Below are positions 1 through 13,216 of a DNA stretch of 64,000 nt, piece by piece (position 1 is the stretch's first letter; each line of letters begins with the position of its first letter). The stretch lies in NCBI GenBank assembly GCA_028534125.1, contig CM052817.1, positions 42,596,001 to 42,660,000 of the forward strand, in the 5' to 3' direction. This DNA comes from Lama glama (taxonomy: Eukaryota). The position numbers and the translations under genes were made by a program. Under the pieces are notes generated by a model that was given only the letters and a program-made list of their open reading frames with translations, did no database searches and was not told the DNA's origin.

Positions 1-384
1 GTGAACAAATTTAAAACTATAGTTTCAGGCTTATATGACAAACTTTAGTTCCACATTAAATAGTAACTGGTGTTTATTACCTCCAAAAGGTCACAAAATT
101 TATTTATTTAAACTTTCTTACTATTTATTTAAACTTTCTTATTATGTACTGTTAATGACTGCCACAATTTTCACAAGGAAAATATAAATAACTTAATATA
201 GGGATCTCTGAAATATTAAATAATAAATAATACATCTGCAGACACAAAATATCTATTTTTAGAGGAGAGGTAGAAAAAGAATATTCATGAAAAGCTTGAA
301 AACTGAAAGGTTGGCTGGGAGACTAGACTTATTTGAGAAGAGCAGATTGAAAACATGGCGACAATTCTTCCTCTTCTGGAACTA

Positions 385-845
385 AATCCCTCACAAAATA
401 ACTTGGCCACCTCTTCCATTAAGCGGACTCTATTTCTCCATCCCTTACATCTGAGCTGTCCTTTAACTTGATTTGGCCAATAGAAAGTGGAGGAAATTTT
501 GCGCCCATTCTAAGCCAAGGTTTCAAGAGGTTTTCCATGATTGCACTCTTGCCCTTCGAGCCCGGCAACTGCCAGATCAGCTAGCCTGCTAGATGTTGAG
601 AGAGATGCAGCAGAGTAGCATCATTGCCTCACCCAACATCAGCCAGTTCCCAAAAGCAGATCCACCTAGCTGACCTGTCAGTTTAACACTGATGCTAGGC
701 AAACCCAGTCAAGATCCACAGGTCTGGCTCAGATCAACACAACAGCCCATCTGACCCACAGACTTGTGAAAAATAATAAATTGTTACTGTTTCAAGCATC
801 TAAGTTTTAGAGTGGTTTGTTATGCAGTAATAGATAACTGATGCA
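385..845 (+). mobile_element. MaLR solo LTR (MLT1G/H-like)
   Basis: 3' end 'aataaattgttactgtttcaagcatctaagttttagagtggtttgttatgcagtaatagataactgatgca' matches the typical MLT1 terminus; internal 'ttggccaatagaa' motif. The 5' boundary is approximate. Confidence 0.8.
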
Positions 846-2154
846 GCACATATTATAATTACTTAGATATTAATAGTGCTGCTTTAATGTATAAATGTGC
901 TTGCTATTTATCCTGACTGACATGATGTACTCTCACTCTTTTCTAATTGCTGAAACTTTCCTAAAAAGCATCAAAGTAAAAAGGAAGTTTGCTTATATGA
1001 CAAATTTCGTCTTTGCTGTCTATGGTGGTGGCATTGCCCATAATGATTTGTCATGCAATTTTATTTTCAAAGCTCAAAATTAATTACAAACATGAAACAA
1101 ATCATGATGTTAAGACATACATTAAAAACAAATTGCAATCTCAAAATGGATAATTTACAGCTTGGAAAATTAATTGATTAAACTCAAAGTGCATAAAAAT
1201 AATTGGAAAAACTGAGGAGTGAACAAACCAATGACAATGCTATCCAACTAAATAAAAAAGAATATATAATGAGCAAAACCACAGCCAAAAAAATCAATAG
1301 TTGTAATTAAACCGTAAGACCCTGAGTGGAGATAAGCTGAAATCCCAATTTGGGGAGCATCGCTATATTAAGAGGTTGGGGAGATGACACAAGAAATCAA
1401 ATCCTGTCTCTTAAGCAAAATCAAAGTAGAAACCATAATGTTGGCATTAAAATCAGCCATAAGCTTAAGAAATACAAAATATGTAATAGATATTAAACAT
1501 TAAAGCATTAAATCAGCACTACAAATATGTAAGTAATTTAATATGTACTGTATCTGTTATCTATTACTGTCTATCCTATTCCTTTCAATTTTTTTGGCCT
1601 GGCTTCTGTGAAAGTCTATAGCTACAGAATTTTTTCAAGATATTGTCTAAGACCCAGAAATAGCCAGAGAAATAAAGCAAATAACAATATAGCATTTTTA
1701 AGCCAAACAGAATTTTGTTCTAAGCCTAATTTTTAATCATATTATTTTAAGTTGAATACTTATTATCCTTTTTTCTTTTTATAAACTATAGTTGATATAC
1801 ATTATATAAGTTGCAAGTATACAATATAGTGATTCACAATGTTTATATTTATATTATTATATATAAATATTTATATTTATATTAAGACTAAAGAGGATTT
1901 GGATTCTTATATTTGAAACAAATATTGCAAAGCATTTAAACATGGTTACATTACAAAGATGCACATAGAGAAATTCAATAAAAATAAAACATTTTAAGCA
2001 TCATTTCATAACAAACTATTTTCAATTTTGTCTAAAATCAATATTACAAAATTGAAGTTAGCTAGGTTTTCATCAATTTGCCAAAGAATTAAATACTTAA
2101 TTCCATAGTCAGGGTTTGGCAGCTTTTCAGAAGAACTGTGCCAATAATTCATCC

Positions 2155-2370
2155 ATGAATTTTGGGTTGACTCAAAAGCAGATCCTAAGAACAGAACTTA
2201 CTTTCAAATAGTTTTTTGGGGACTGATCAGGGAAGCAAAAGTGAAGGAATGGGGAAAGTGAGCAAGGAAGAGTAAATAAAAATTCATAAATGTATACTAA
2301 TTAGTTTTTTGCCATTGTTGGCAACTAGGACTCAATTTGCTGGGGATATTTTTAGGAACATTGTAAAACA
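2155..2370 (-). mobile_element. ERVL-class LTR fragment (LTR33/LTR16-like), antisense
   Basis: 'ttttgggttgactcaaaagcagatcctaagaacagaac...aatagttttttggggactgatcagggaagc' resembles the reverse complement of the LTR33/LTR16 3' end. Confidence 0.55.
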
Positions 2371-2802
2371 TGGAGTCAAAAAATACAAAGAAAGTGGTCA
2401 AATTTTATCAAATCCCTAGACCCTCAGTCCCTGTGGAAAAACTTGATAAATTCCAAGTACAATGTCTATTGATATTAGCAGTTATAAAAAGATAAAGGGA
2501 AAGAATTATTGGCTTAGACAGCAGAACTAAGAAAAATGACCTACACATTCTACTAGGCGAATTATTTGTGCATTTATTCATTCACTTTTTCACAAACATT
2601 TTCTAAATGCTGATTATGCTAGAGAACATTTATCAAAGTCTCTGGTGGTCAACTTAAACGAATTCTTGCACGGTAGATCTATAAACACTTCTTTACACTC
2701 TATTGAAAACTAATGTGATTCCTGAATTTATTTATGCTATAATTCAAATATTGTTTAGTGAGTATCTTTTTGGCTGTGAGTTCTCATTAAGAGCTCTGCT
2801 AG

Positions 2803-4098
2803 GAAGGCAATTTAGGGGAGAAAAGACAGTCTTTTCATCAGGTGATGTTGATACTGTCAGACATCCACATGCAAAAAAAAAAAAAAAAACTTCAAACTCT
2901 ACCTCATATCACATACACAAATTAACTAAAAGTATATCATGAACTTAAACATAAAACTGCAAATGATAAGACTGTGAGAAGAAAACTTAAGCAAAAAACC
3001 TTTGTGCCTTTTGGTAGGCAAAAATTTTTCAATATGATGCAAAAAGAATGATCCATAAAAATCAAATTGATACATTGAACCTCATTACAATTAAAAAATT
3101 CTGCTCTTCATAACTTTAGGAGAACAAAAAGCAAGCCAGAGAATGAAAGAAAATATCTGCAAAGCATATATCTGATAAAGGAGATGTATCCAAAGAACTC
3201 TTAAAACTCAACAAGAAGAAAACAAACAACCGAATTTAAAAATGGGCAGCAGATTTAACAGCCATATTACTAAAGAAAATATAAAAATATCAAATCAGAA
3301 CATGAAAAAATGTTCAACATGATTAATCAATAGGAAAATGCAAATTAAAGCAACATTAAACTATTACCCACCAATTTAAATGGCTAAAATTTAAAAAAAC
3401 TAATCATACTAAGCCTTGGAGAAGATAAAGAGGAACTAGAACTTTATATACTGTTGATAAGAATGGCAAAAACTACTTCGGAAAACAGTATGTCACTTTC
3501 TTTAAAAGTTAAAAATATAACTACTACATGATCCAACCATTCCCCTTCTAGATATTTTCCTAAGAGAACAGAAAGCACACATCAACAGAAACATTGATAC
3601 ATGAATGTTCATAGTAGTTTTATTTTTAAGAGCCCCAAACTGGAAACCACTCAAATATCCATCGACAGATGAATATAGATGGACAAACTATGCTCTTTCC
3701 ATACAATTAAATGCTACTCAATGAAAAGGAATAAGCAACAATATACACAATAACACGGATAAATCTCAAAATAATTATGCTGACTGAAAGAATCCAGACA
3801 AGACAAGAATGTCACTGTATGGTTCTGTTCGTATAAAATTCTAGAAAGACAAACTAATCTACAGTGATTAAGATTTTCTCAGTAGCTTTCTGGTGAGAGG
3901 GAGTAAGAAGGAATGGAAAGAAAGGATTTGAAAGGGACACCAGGAAAAAAATCTGAGGGTGACACTATGTTCTTATCTCAATTATAGTGATTATTTCACA
4001 GGTATAAACATTTGTCAAAACTTTTTAAATTGCATGCTTTAAATATAAACAATTTACTGTATGTTAGTCATACCTCAATAAAGCTGTTAAAAAAAAAA
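2803..4098 (+). mobile_element. Old L1 (L1MD/L1ME-type), ORF2 3' end plus 3' UTR
   Basis: Degenerate ORF2 C-terminal sequence ('aaattctgctcttca', 'gaaaatgcaaattaaagcaaca'); 3' UTR ends 'tacctcaataaagctgttaaaaaaaaa'. Confidence 0.85.
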
Positions 4099-6386
4099 CA
4101 CACAACTCTGTCTGGTCTAGGTTATGTCAAACATATGTTAAAATTAGTGACCTTACAAGTCATAAGAATATTGATTAGCCCAAGCTGAGACAATATGGTT
4201 GTGACTGAGTCTGTCTGCAGGGCAGAAAAATGTTTGTCCTGAGAAGGGGATACTGAATGACACAGTTCAAAGAAACCCAAAGACAGAGATAACAGTGGAC
4301 TACAGCTGACAGAATAGGTAAGCAGCCCCAAGAAAAAATAACATCTGTTGGAAACACATAGGGATTGGCTCCTGTCCTGACATTTAAAATTATGCTCTGC
4401 ACCATCTTTGGCTGCTGTCTCCTACCCCACATTGCTGCTATCACAATGGTAAATACAGCCATTTCAAGGGAACAATTGTTCTGGTTTTTTCCCAATATAC
4501 AAAGGAATATGTTGGCAATATGAAAATGCCCACATTTGCAGAAAATGACTTTTGTTTTAGAATTTGAAATGGGATTGGGTGAATAAATGTGTAACTGTTC
4601 AGGGAACTTTATCCCTGAGATGCTTCTAAACACCACATTTGATAGCTCAGCTGTCAGATTGGGTGCGTCATGTGCTATTTTCCAAAACCAGTAAGGTAAA
4701 CCTATTTACATGATTTACTGGAACACTGCGGTCAGTGGTTGCAGTCATTTAACACAGGGCTGTAAAACTTGAAAACCAATCCATGCTTCTTCCTGACATA
4801 CAGCTTCAATGCCCGTTTCTCTTTCAGCTAAAGCTCTTTCTTCAATTTAATCCTCCTTCAGACTCTTTTAAACAGAGTACTATACCATATTTTGCTGTTA
4901 AATCATGAAAAATGATAGAATCTCTACCCTTTTTCAAGAGTCATTGTCACATCATACCCTCCAATAGGTAATATACCGCTTGAGTCAGTAATTTCAACTA
5001 TTTGTATGCATTTCAGGTTTGCCAATTACCCTTCCAAGCTGTAAATTGCCTATTTTGAGAGCATAATTTGATTTTTAATGTTTGCCTTAACAGCCTGATT
5101 TGTTTTGTCTTTTGATTTGTTTCACATTTTAGTAATTAATTTTAAGCTGACAATGTCTCTTCTAAAAGGAAGGTGGGGATTGAAAGCCTTTTAGAGCTAC
5201 AGTAGTTTGATACTAATATAAATTTCTGTCTAGTGCCATAGACCTTAAGCAAAAAATGTCATGCTCCTTCTTTTCTTTGGAAAGGAGTCATCACTTCTTT
5301 CCCAGGAGATATGCTAGCTTGAGTTTCAGATACACACTGCATAAACGCCAAGTTTAAACACACATGAATAAGCAAAATTGGCCATAAGAAGTATATTCAA
5401 AACAGAAGTGATATTTCTCAAATCATCAGTGTAAAAATAAAAACAAAAATGTGTCTTGGAGTTATGTAAATGTATTTGGCCTCATATGTCCTCTGATACT
5501 CACTGTTCGTCTTTAGCTACTGGCACAAACTGTATGGGGAAAGCAAATCTCTCATTCTCAGATCCATCTTATAAAATTTCTCCTTTAAATTACTTGGGAA
5601 TCATAGCACTTCTGATTTAGATCTATGGCCTTTAATGCCCTCAGTGGCATTTTGAGTTGTTTCTGTAGGATACAACAAGACTTTTCCTCTGATAAAGTTT
5701 TGAGAAAAAGGATAGCAATGAAGAAAACTTTAGAAGGGTAAAAGTACAAGAAAGAGAAAGAAATAGTACTTGAGAAGAAAGGGTCAAATAAGGGATACTC
5801 AGGAATAGAAGTTGGAAAGAAAACTGAATAGTAAAATTTCCCATTACTTGCAAAACTTGTGAGAGAAATTTCCCCAAATTATTTAATAATTCCCTAATGA
5901 AACCAAATTACCAAACTTTGAAACAGTCGGAATTCTACCCTAATTTTTGCCAGAACATTAAAAAGCTTACATCTTACAACTGGCAGGCAAAGAGGGTTTG
6001 AACTGGAGTTTTAAAAACTTTTAATATCAATGTGGTACATAAAACATGAGTGAACAACATGCAGAAATTCATCCTGTTTACAATACAAAAAATATTCATA
6101 AGTCACAAGAGAGTGATGTCTGAATGTAATGGCTGTTCTAAAGGGGAAGCATTTTTAAAATTTCAAGTATTATTTAGATGTATTGGACAATGTGGATAGA
6201 CTAGAATAATAATAAAAGGGTTAATGATCAGTCTAGAATACAAATGTTCTCTGAGAACTGTTCACTGGATACTTAACACTTTACTCCCACATACCAAAAT
6301 ATGAACATCCCATAGAAAAAGTGCTTGTGTTTTAGGAGTTGAGCATGAACTGGAGATCTGCTGGAAACTAGCATTTTCTTAACTAA

Positions 6387-7683
6387 ACTTTTTATTTTAA
6401 AATAATTGTAGATTCACATGAAGTTCTAAGAAATAATTTAGAGAAACTGCATTTACCTTTCCCTAGGTTTTCACAATGATTATCTTGAAAAACTACAATA
6501 CCACAACCAGGATATTGACAGTGACAGAGTCAGGCTACTACAGAAACTCCCATCACCACAGGACTCTTCATGTTGCCCTTTTACATCCACACACACTTCT
6601 CTCCCAGCCAATCCCTTCTTTAATTCCTGGTACCACTAACCTGTTTGACATTTCTCTAATTTTATCATTTCAACAATATTATATAAATGGGATCATCAAG
6701 TAAGTAACATTTTGGGGTTGGCTTTTTTTCCACGCATCATAATTCTCTGGAGACTTTTCGAGATTGTTGTTGTAATGCCATTGCTGAGTCTCGTGGTATG
6801 GATATACCACAGTTTATTTAACCACTCATCCATTGAAGGACATTTGGGTTATTTCAATTGTTACGCTATCTTGAATAAAGCTCTTATAAACATTAGTGTA
6901 CAGATTTTTATCTTAGTTTACATTTCTCTGGAATAAATGCCCAAGAGTATAATTGTTGGATTTAATGGCAATTACATGTTTAGTTTTTAAAGAAACTTTC
7001 AAACTGTTTTCCAGAGTGGATCTACCATTTTACACTTACACAAGTAAATATGAGTGACCAAGTTTCTCTGCACCCCTGCCAGCATTCAGTATTGTCACAA
7101 TTTTTTATTTTAGCCATTCTAATTGGTTTGCATGGATATCTCCTTGTGGCTTTAATCTGCATTTCCTTAAAGCTAATGAAGTTTAATATATTTTCATGTA
7201 TTTATTTGTCAACAGGATATCCTCCTCAGGGAGATGACTGTTCATGTCTATTTCCTATGTCTTTATAAATTATCCATTTTCTGACTTTTGAGTCTTGAGA
7301 ATTCTTAATGTGTTTTAGATGCAAGTCCTCTGAGCGATACATCACTTTCAAATATTTCTCCTACTCTGTTGCTTGTACTCTCATCCTCTTAATGGGGTAT
7401 TTCACAGATCAAAAGCTCACAATTTTGTGAAGTTCAATTTACCACTTTTTCCTTTTAAGAATCATGATTCTGGTGTAAAGTCTAAGAATTTTTGGCCTAG
7501 CCCAGATTCAAAATATTTTCTCCTGTTTTATTTAAATTTTTATATTTTACCTTTAAATCCATGATCTATTTTAAGCTAAATGGCAGTTTAGGTATGAGGC
7601 TCAGAGTAAAGTTCATTTTTCGGCCTAGGGATTTTCAATCGCTACAGTACAATTTGTTGAGTTTATCTTCCTTGCACTGAATT
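6387..7683 (-). mobile_element. L1MC-type element, antisense, 3' UTR and ORF2 end
   Basis: Begins 'aactttttattttaaaataattgtagattcacatg' (antisense L1MC tail) and contains 'ttgaaggacatttgggttatttc' and 'aaactgttttccagagtgga'. Interrupted by a MaLR LTR at 7685. Confidence 0.85.
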
Positions 7684-7684
7684 G

Positions 7685-8046
7685 TGCTACAGAATGAATG
7701 TTTGTGTTCCCCCCCAAAATTCTTATGTTGAAACCTAATCTTGGATATGATCATATTTGCAGATGAGGTCTTTGGGAGGTTATTAGGTTATGAGTGTGGA
7801 ACCTTCACAAATGGCATTTGTGCCTTTATGAAAAAAACCTCAGAGAACTACTTTGCCCCTTCTGCCAATAGAAGACACAGTTAGAAAACAACTGTCTATG
7901 AACCAAGAAGTTAGTCTCACCAGACACCGAGTCTACTGGCATCTCAAACTTGAACTTCACAGCAACTAGAACTGAGAGAAATAAATGTTTATTAAGTCAC
8001 TCAGTCCTTGATATCTTTGTTATAGCAACCCAAACGGACCAAGGCA
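7685..8046 (+). mobile_element. MLT1A-type 5' LTR
   Basis: TG...CA ends; 'gaatgtttgtgttcccccccaaaattcttatgttgaaacctaa' to 'gttatagcaacccaaacggaccaaggca'. Confidence 0.9.
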
Positions 8047-9470
8047 GAAACTGGTACCAGAAGTGGGGTGCTGCTGTAACAAACAGCCAAAAATGTGGAA
8101 GTTTACCCCATTTTGGAACTGTGTAAAGGGTGAAAAGATTTGGAGGTGTGTGCCAAAAAAGCCTACATTCCTAAGAATGGGCCTTTACAGCTCAGAAAGA
8201 AAAGAGAGTTGTAGAAAGCCTCTGTCTTCTTAGAGAACACCTAAGTAATCAGAAGAATGCTGGTAGAAATATGAAAGGCAAAGGCCATTCTGATGAGGTC
8301 TCAGATGGAAATGAAGAACATGTTATTGGAAACTAGAGGAAAGGTAATACTTACTGTAAAGTGGCAAAGAACCTGACTGAGTTGTGCTCCTGTTCTAGCA
8401 TTTTGTCGAGGGTAGAACTTGGAAGCAATGAAATTGGGTATTTAGCCAAAGTTATTTCTAAACAAAGGATTGAAATAACTTGGCTCCTCCTGACTCCTTA
8501 CAGTAAAATACAAGAAGAGATAAATGTTTTAAAGATGGAGTTGTTAAGCAAAAAGAAAGCAGGTCTAAGGATTTAGAAAATTCTCAGCTTATCTACACTG
8601 TAAAAACTGAGAATAACTGAGAATATCACGGGTATGGCCAAGTAACTGATAAGATTAGAATGAATTAGCCAACTCAACAGAAGCCAAAAGCTATTCTCCA
8701 AAACAACAGAAGAATGACTCTGAAGGTGACTGAAGGATAATCAGAGCTGCCACTGTCACCACAGGCCCAGAGTGCCAGGACCCAAGGGGCAGCATGTGAG
8801 ACCTCAGCATGTGTGGCCAGGTACTCCCTTACATTGAGGGCTCTGTTCCTTCACCCCAGTGCTCTTCAGTTGCCCAGGTGTGGCTCCAGCAGGCCTCAGT
8901 GCAGAGAGCACCACGGTGGCCACCCTTGCAAAGAACACGGACAGCAAACTCTGGCAGCATCCTCGGAGCACTATCTTCACCAGTGCATAAAGTGCATGGA
9001 CTTGGGGGGCATGGTTGCTGTCACCTAAGTTTAAAGGGTGGAACCACCAGAGATGCAATTATGTGACCTCAGCCCAGGAGAACCAAAGGGGTGGGGTCCC
9101 ATCAAAGAGCCACTGTGGGACTGGGGCACAGGCACAGAGCTACTACGGAGCTATCCTGCCAAGCTGTTGGTGTTACGTTGCCACTCCAGTGACAGAGCAT
9201 CAGGCCAAGAGGATTGTTCTCATGGCTTAAGACTTAATGTTGCTTGCCCTGTTAGATTTTGAACTTATTAAGGGCCCATTACCCCTTTCTTCTTTTCTAT
9301 TTGCCCCTTTGGGAATAGAAATGTCTATCTAATGCCTGTTCCACCATCGTATTTTGGAAGTACATAACTTGTTTGGTCTCACAGGTTCATAGCTGGAAAG
9401 GAATTTGCCTTAGGATGAACATTTTGAATCCTATGCACATCTGATTTAAATGATATTTACATGAGACTTT
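8047..9470 (+). mobile_element. MLT1A internal region (MaLR-int); 3' LTR missing
   Basis: Directly follows the LTR with 'gaaactggtaccagaagtggggtgctgctgtaacaaa' and contains 'tctgatgaggtctcagatggaaatgaagaacatgttattggaaactagagg', characteristic of MaLR internal sequence. Confidence 0.85.
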
Positions 9471-9479
9471 GGGGAGTTA

Positions 9480-9725
9480 GGGTACCTTGCTACACCTTGA
9501 CAAGAGTGGAAGTCTAGGCTCTCCATGTGACTTTTGCTATTATGGGTGGTGTAAGGCCACATTTTTTTCCTGTTTAGCTAGAGTAGACCAGTAACTGTCT
9601 AAAAGATTTCTGCATTCCTAGTCTGCACCTTTCCTGGTCCTTTAACTACAGAGAAGATTTTTTGTTGCTATTTTTTATCTTCTCTCATTTGTGTTTCTTG
9701 GATATATGAGGCAAAAACAAAACAG
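9480..9725 (-). mobile_element. Old L1 5'-region fragment, antisense
   Basis: 'gctagagtagaccagtaactgtctaaaagatttctg...cctttcctggtcctttaactacagag...gatatatgaggcaaaaac' resembles the antisense L1MC 5' region. Confidence 0.55.
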
Positions 9726-10082
9726 ATCTTTTCACTCTTTACACAGTTCCAAAACTGGGTAAATTTCCACATTCTTGCCTTACTTTAGTGGAAGAGGGAA
9801 TGCACTATAAAAAACTCATGGAGTAAAAGTCAAGTGTGATCGGGGGTTGCCTCCTGCTTTTGTGCAAACTATCTTATGTTTAGCAAGCCATAGAGCATTC
9901 TCCTTACCTTAGGTAAAATGAGACAGATGATAACAACAACAACAACAAAACAATAACTGCTACATAGACAATGGTCTGCCTGCCTTATAAGCCTTGGTTC
10001 TCAAATTCTAGTTGTGGGCCACTGTTAAGAGCACCCCAATGGTAGTTCTCTTATTTGTTAGATGTTTCTAAAACAGTACCTT

Positions 10083-10219
10083 TTTCTTTTTCTTTTTTTT
10101 TGGCTGGGGGCAGGTAATTAGGTTTATTTATTTATTCTTAGAGGAGGTACTGGGGATTGAACCCAGGACCTCATGCATGCTAAGCATGCAGTCTACCATT
10201 TGAGCTATATCCTCCCCAC
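10083..10219 (-). mobile_element. Vic-1-type tRNA(Ala)-derived camelid SINE
   Basis: Minus strand reads ggggaggatatagctcaaatggtagactgcatgcttagcatgcatgaggtcctgggttcaatccccagtacctcc...aaataaataaacctaattacc...poly(A), with A and B boxes. 15-bp TSD with 3 mismatches (10068-10082 / 10220-10234). Confidence 0.9.
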
Positions 10220-10452
10220 CTAAAATAGCATCTTGATCCTTAAAAAACAGTTTCATAAAAGTATTGTCACTAACACATTATAAATTCACATTCCCAGTTA
10301 TAACCATTGGCTGTCCTGTCTTCAAATAGCTGGCTCTCTGTTTTTCTTTCCTTGTGAATTCCTACACTTATTTTCGTAAGGTAAACATATTCTTTGTTTC
10401 TCAAAATGATCCTTGCCCCTCTTCTATAAATAAACAACTCTTAGAAGATAAT

Positions 10453-10786
10453 TGCTAGGGACTGAATGTGCTCCCACCCTCACCAAATTCATATGTTGAA
10501 ACCTAATCCCCATTGTGATGGCATCTGGAGGTACGGCCTCTGGGAGGTGATTAAGTCATGAGGGTGGAGCCCTCATGAATATGATTAGTGCTTATAAAAG
10601 CAGCCCCAGAGAGATCCCTCTCTGCTTCCTCCAGGTGACGTTATAGTGTCCAGGAAGCAGGTCTTCACCAGACACTGAATTCACCAGTCCCATGATCTTG
10701 GACTTCCCAGCACTGTATAAATGTTGGTTGTTTATAAGCCACCCAGTTTATAGTATTTTGTTATAGCAGCCCAATAGATGAAGACA
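10453..10786 (+). mobile_element. MLT1A-type solo LTR
   Basis: TG...CA ends; 'aaattcatatgttgaaacctaatcccc', 'gagggtggagccctcatgaa', 'tattttgttatagcagccc'. Confidence 0.9.
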
Positions 10787-12719
10787 ATATAGACAATGGA
10801 GAAATGATTGTTAAACTGAACTAAATCGGGGTCTACAGCAGTATAAGGTGGTATCATGAGTATATCAAAATGACTAAGTTAAACACAAAATAAACTACAA
10901 AGCTTCCCTCATGCCTAAATCTATTTTCCTTTTCACTCACCCATTTTTCTCACCAAAATATTTTGAGAATGAGACAATTTAAACATTGAAAGCAAACTTA
11001 TATACCTAAAAATTTTGTTTCCTGTCATTATGGAGAAATTAAGCCAAAGTAAGTAATTGGCAGCATTTTAAAAGCTGCTACTTTCTAAATGCTTTGTTAT
11101 TTCTACGTATCTATATATAGAAATGTATTAAATTCCTGTATTTTAAGGAAAAAAAAAAGATTCAACCTATCAATGTTGCAGAGGGCAAGACACCCCCAAA
11201 CTTAACACTCATTGATTATTCTAAGTACATCAGTGATCGTCTCTGTATGGCCTTGTGGAAACACAGTATTTGAATGTATTAAAAGTGTAAGTGTTCAATT
11301 CAGGTGTTTGTTTTTGGCCTGTATTTCTCACATGTAAGAAGAAAAACTCATTCTTTTTACTCTGAGTAAATACATTTTTTTTCTGTCTTTGACATTGTAA
11401 GAAAAGAGACTGTAACTCAACCAGAGGAATGTGCGTATTACTAATATTATACTAAGTTAATCATTTTTCTAGAACAAAATGAACTGTATATCCAATTCTT
11501 CTCAAACTTTCACGCTTATTTCAGTGGGTGTCACTGTAAGATGAGAAAGCCTGTCAACACTAACTTCTTCCTAAACAGGAACATAAGGATGCTCCTTTCC
11601 GGTTGAAAATGTGGATTTCTGAGCTGTCTTCTTCCCTTGGCCCCCACCCTCCAACACAGAACATGCCTGACATCAGACCCTTATTCCTGAGTCTTTTCCC
11701 ACCTCATTCACCTGACAGCCTTCTCCACAACAGACATCTTATCAGACGTGACTGATTGCTGTAATCTGTACTCTGGGCAGCCATTAAGCAAATTACCTGA
11801 ATCATTGCAAGGATTAGTCTCATTAACACATGATTAGCATCAAATTAAAATAATGAGTGTTTAACTTCTGATGTCTTCCAGTTGTTTGAACAGCTTGATC
11901 AGCCACACCAGGCTGGCAGGGAGGTGGGGGTGTCAAAGAGCCATAGAAAAAAAGGGAGGCTGCACTGTGCAAGGCATAGTAGAGCTAGCCAGCAGAATGA
12001 AGCAAGATCAGACTCAAACTGTGTGGTTGAAAGGTTCCCTCCAAACAGCAAAAATGCTGGGTCCAAAAAAGAGGTTTTTCTCTCTTTCTCACTGATACTG
12101 CCAGCCATTCATCCGGAGCAAGGCTTTACATACTAATACTGCACCATCTTACCCCTTCCACAGCCTGGATATCATTTCTATAGGGTTTCCCTTTCCCAGA
12201 AAGCATGAAATGCAGCTTTTCTTCTTCCTTTCCCAAATTTTATCAGACTTAAGAATAAGACTCCAAAAGTGCTGGAATTACAGTAGATTGAAGATCTCAG
12301 CACAGTTCCCATATTTTTCCTTGGAAATGACTAACCAAATAGCAAAACAAGAGAAAGCTTACATAATCTCTGGAAATTGTGAAGAGCACCATTCACATGT
12401 AGAGAATGAAAAGAATCTCTGCTAGATCTTACACTCATACAGAAGATGTGTTGGAAGCCTAGAGAACCAACTCACTACTTTCCTCCCCATAAAATATCAG
12501 CATTTGAGAAAAGTAGGTGGACAGGTCACAATGGCCCTTCAACTCCAAGACAAATGGTGAATTTGTCAAGTAGATAGGTAAGACAATCAGAGAGCCTGCA
12601 TGGTGATCAGTCTCCCTGCATAAGCATGTGAATGAAATAAGCAAAGAGCTGCTGCGATAAATTCCTCTACCATCCCATGAAAAAGATTAACATGAGGAGT
12701 ACAGTATTATGAAACTAAC

Positions 12720-13216
12720 TGAAGAAACCAGAATATGTCCCCCCAAAACACACCTCTTTGACATAAATATTCTTTTGAGCTGAAGGCAATTAAGAAAAAG
12801 CAAATGCAAGAAAAGCTCTCTTTACTCTCCCCTGTTTCTGCCTGAAGACAGGCTATACATTTTCCTCCACTGGGGGATGGGGGACTTGACCATTAGCCCA
12901 GAGATGACACCAGAGAAATCTACAAACAAATTTTACACCTTTAGTTTCCTCCCATACAGTTACCTTCCCATAGTCTGCAACTCTTAGAAGCCTGAAACCA
13001 CTTTCCTTCATCCTGTCACTTCTCTACAAATTTATTGTTCTTGGTTGAAGATTCTATGTTAAGCTAGAATTCTAAGCCACGTCTTTGAGTTACTCATCTC
13101 TGGGTACTCTAACCTGTTACATGCATGATACATACTAATAAACTTGTTTTTCTTTTGTTATATGGTCCCCTATTAAGATGCTAAAATAAGTAGAGGAAAA
13201 TTTTTCCTCCCCTATA
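12720..13216 (+). mobile_element. ERV1 solo LTR (MER34-like)
   Basis: Starts 'tgaagaaaccagaatatgtcccccc', has AATAAA near 13137 and ends 'gtagaggaaaatttttcctcccctata'. Flanks taac/gaac resemble a 4-bp TSD. Confidence 0.8.

Noticed and set aside
101..141. Short tandem duplications (also ~33917-33952 and 63111-63130) as possible CRISPR-like or functional repeats
   Set aside because: Only two copies each, AT-rich and without spacers; ordinary slippage duplications in eukaryotic DNA.
4175..4636. 153-aa minus-strand ORF
   Set aside because: Non-ATG start, no recognisable domain and no convincing splice sites.
8804..9262. Cluster of overlapping ORFs
   Set aside because: They fall inside the GC-richer part of the MaLR internal region.
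10140..10219. tRNA-Ala-like gene
   Set aside because: It has a SINE-specific tail, poly(A) and TSDs, so it is a SINE head rather than a tRNA gene.
10453..10786. This LTR as the missing 3' LTR of the MLT1A provirus at 7685
   Set aside because: It is separated from the internal region by ~1 kb of L1, SINE and unique sequence, and no shared TSD is evident; it is more simply an independent solo LTR.
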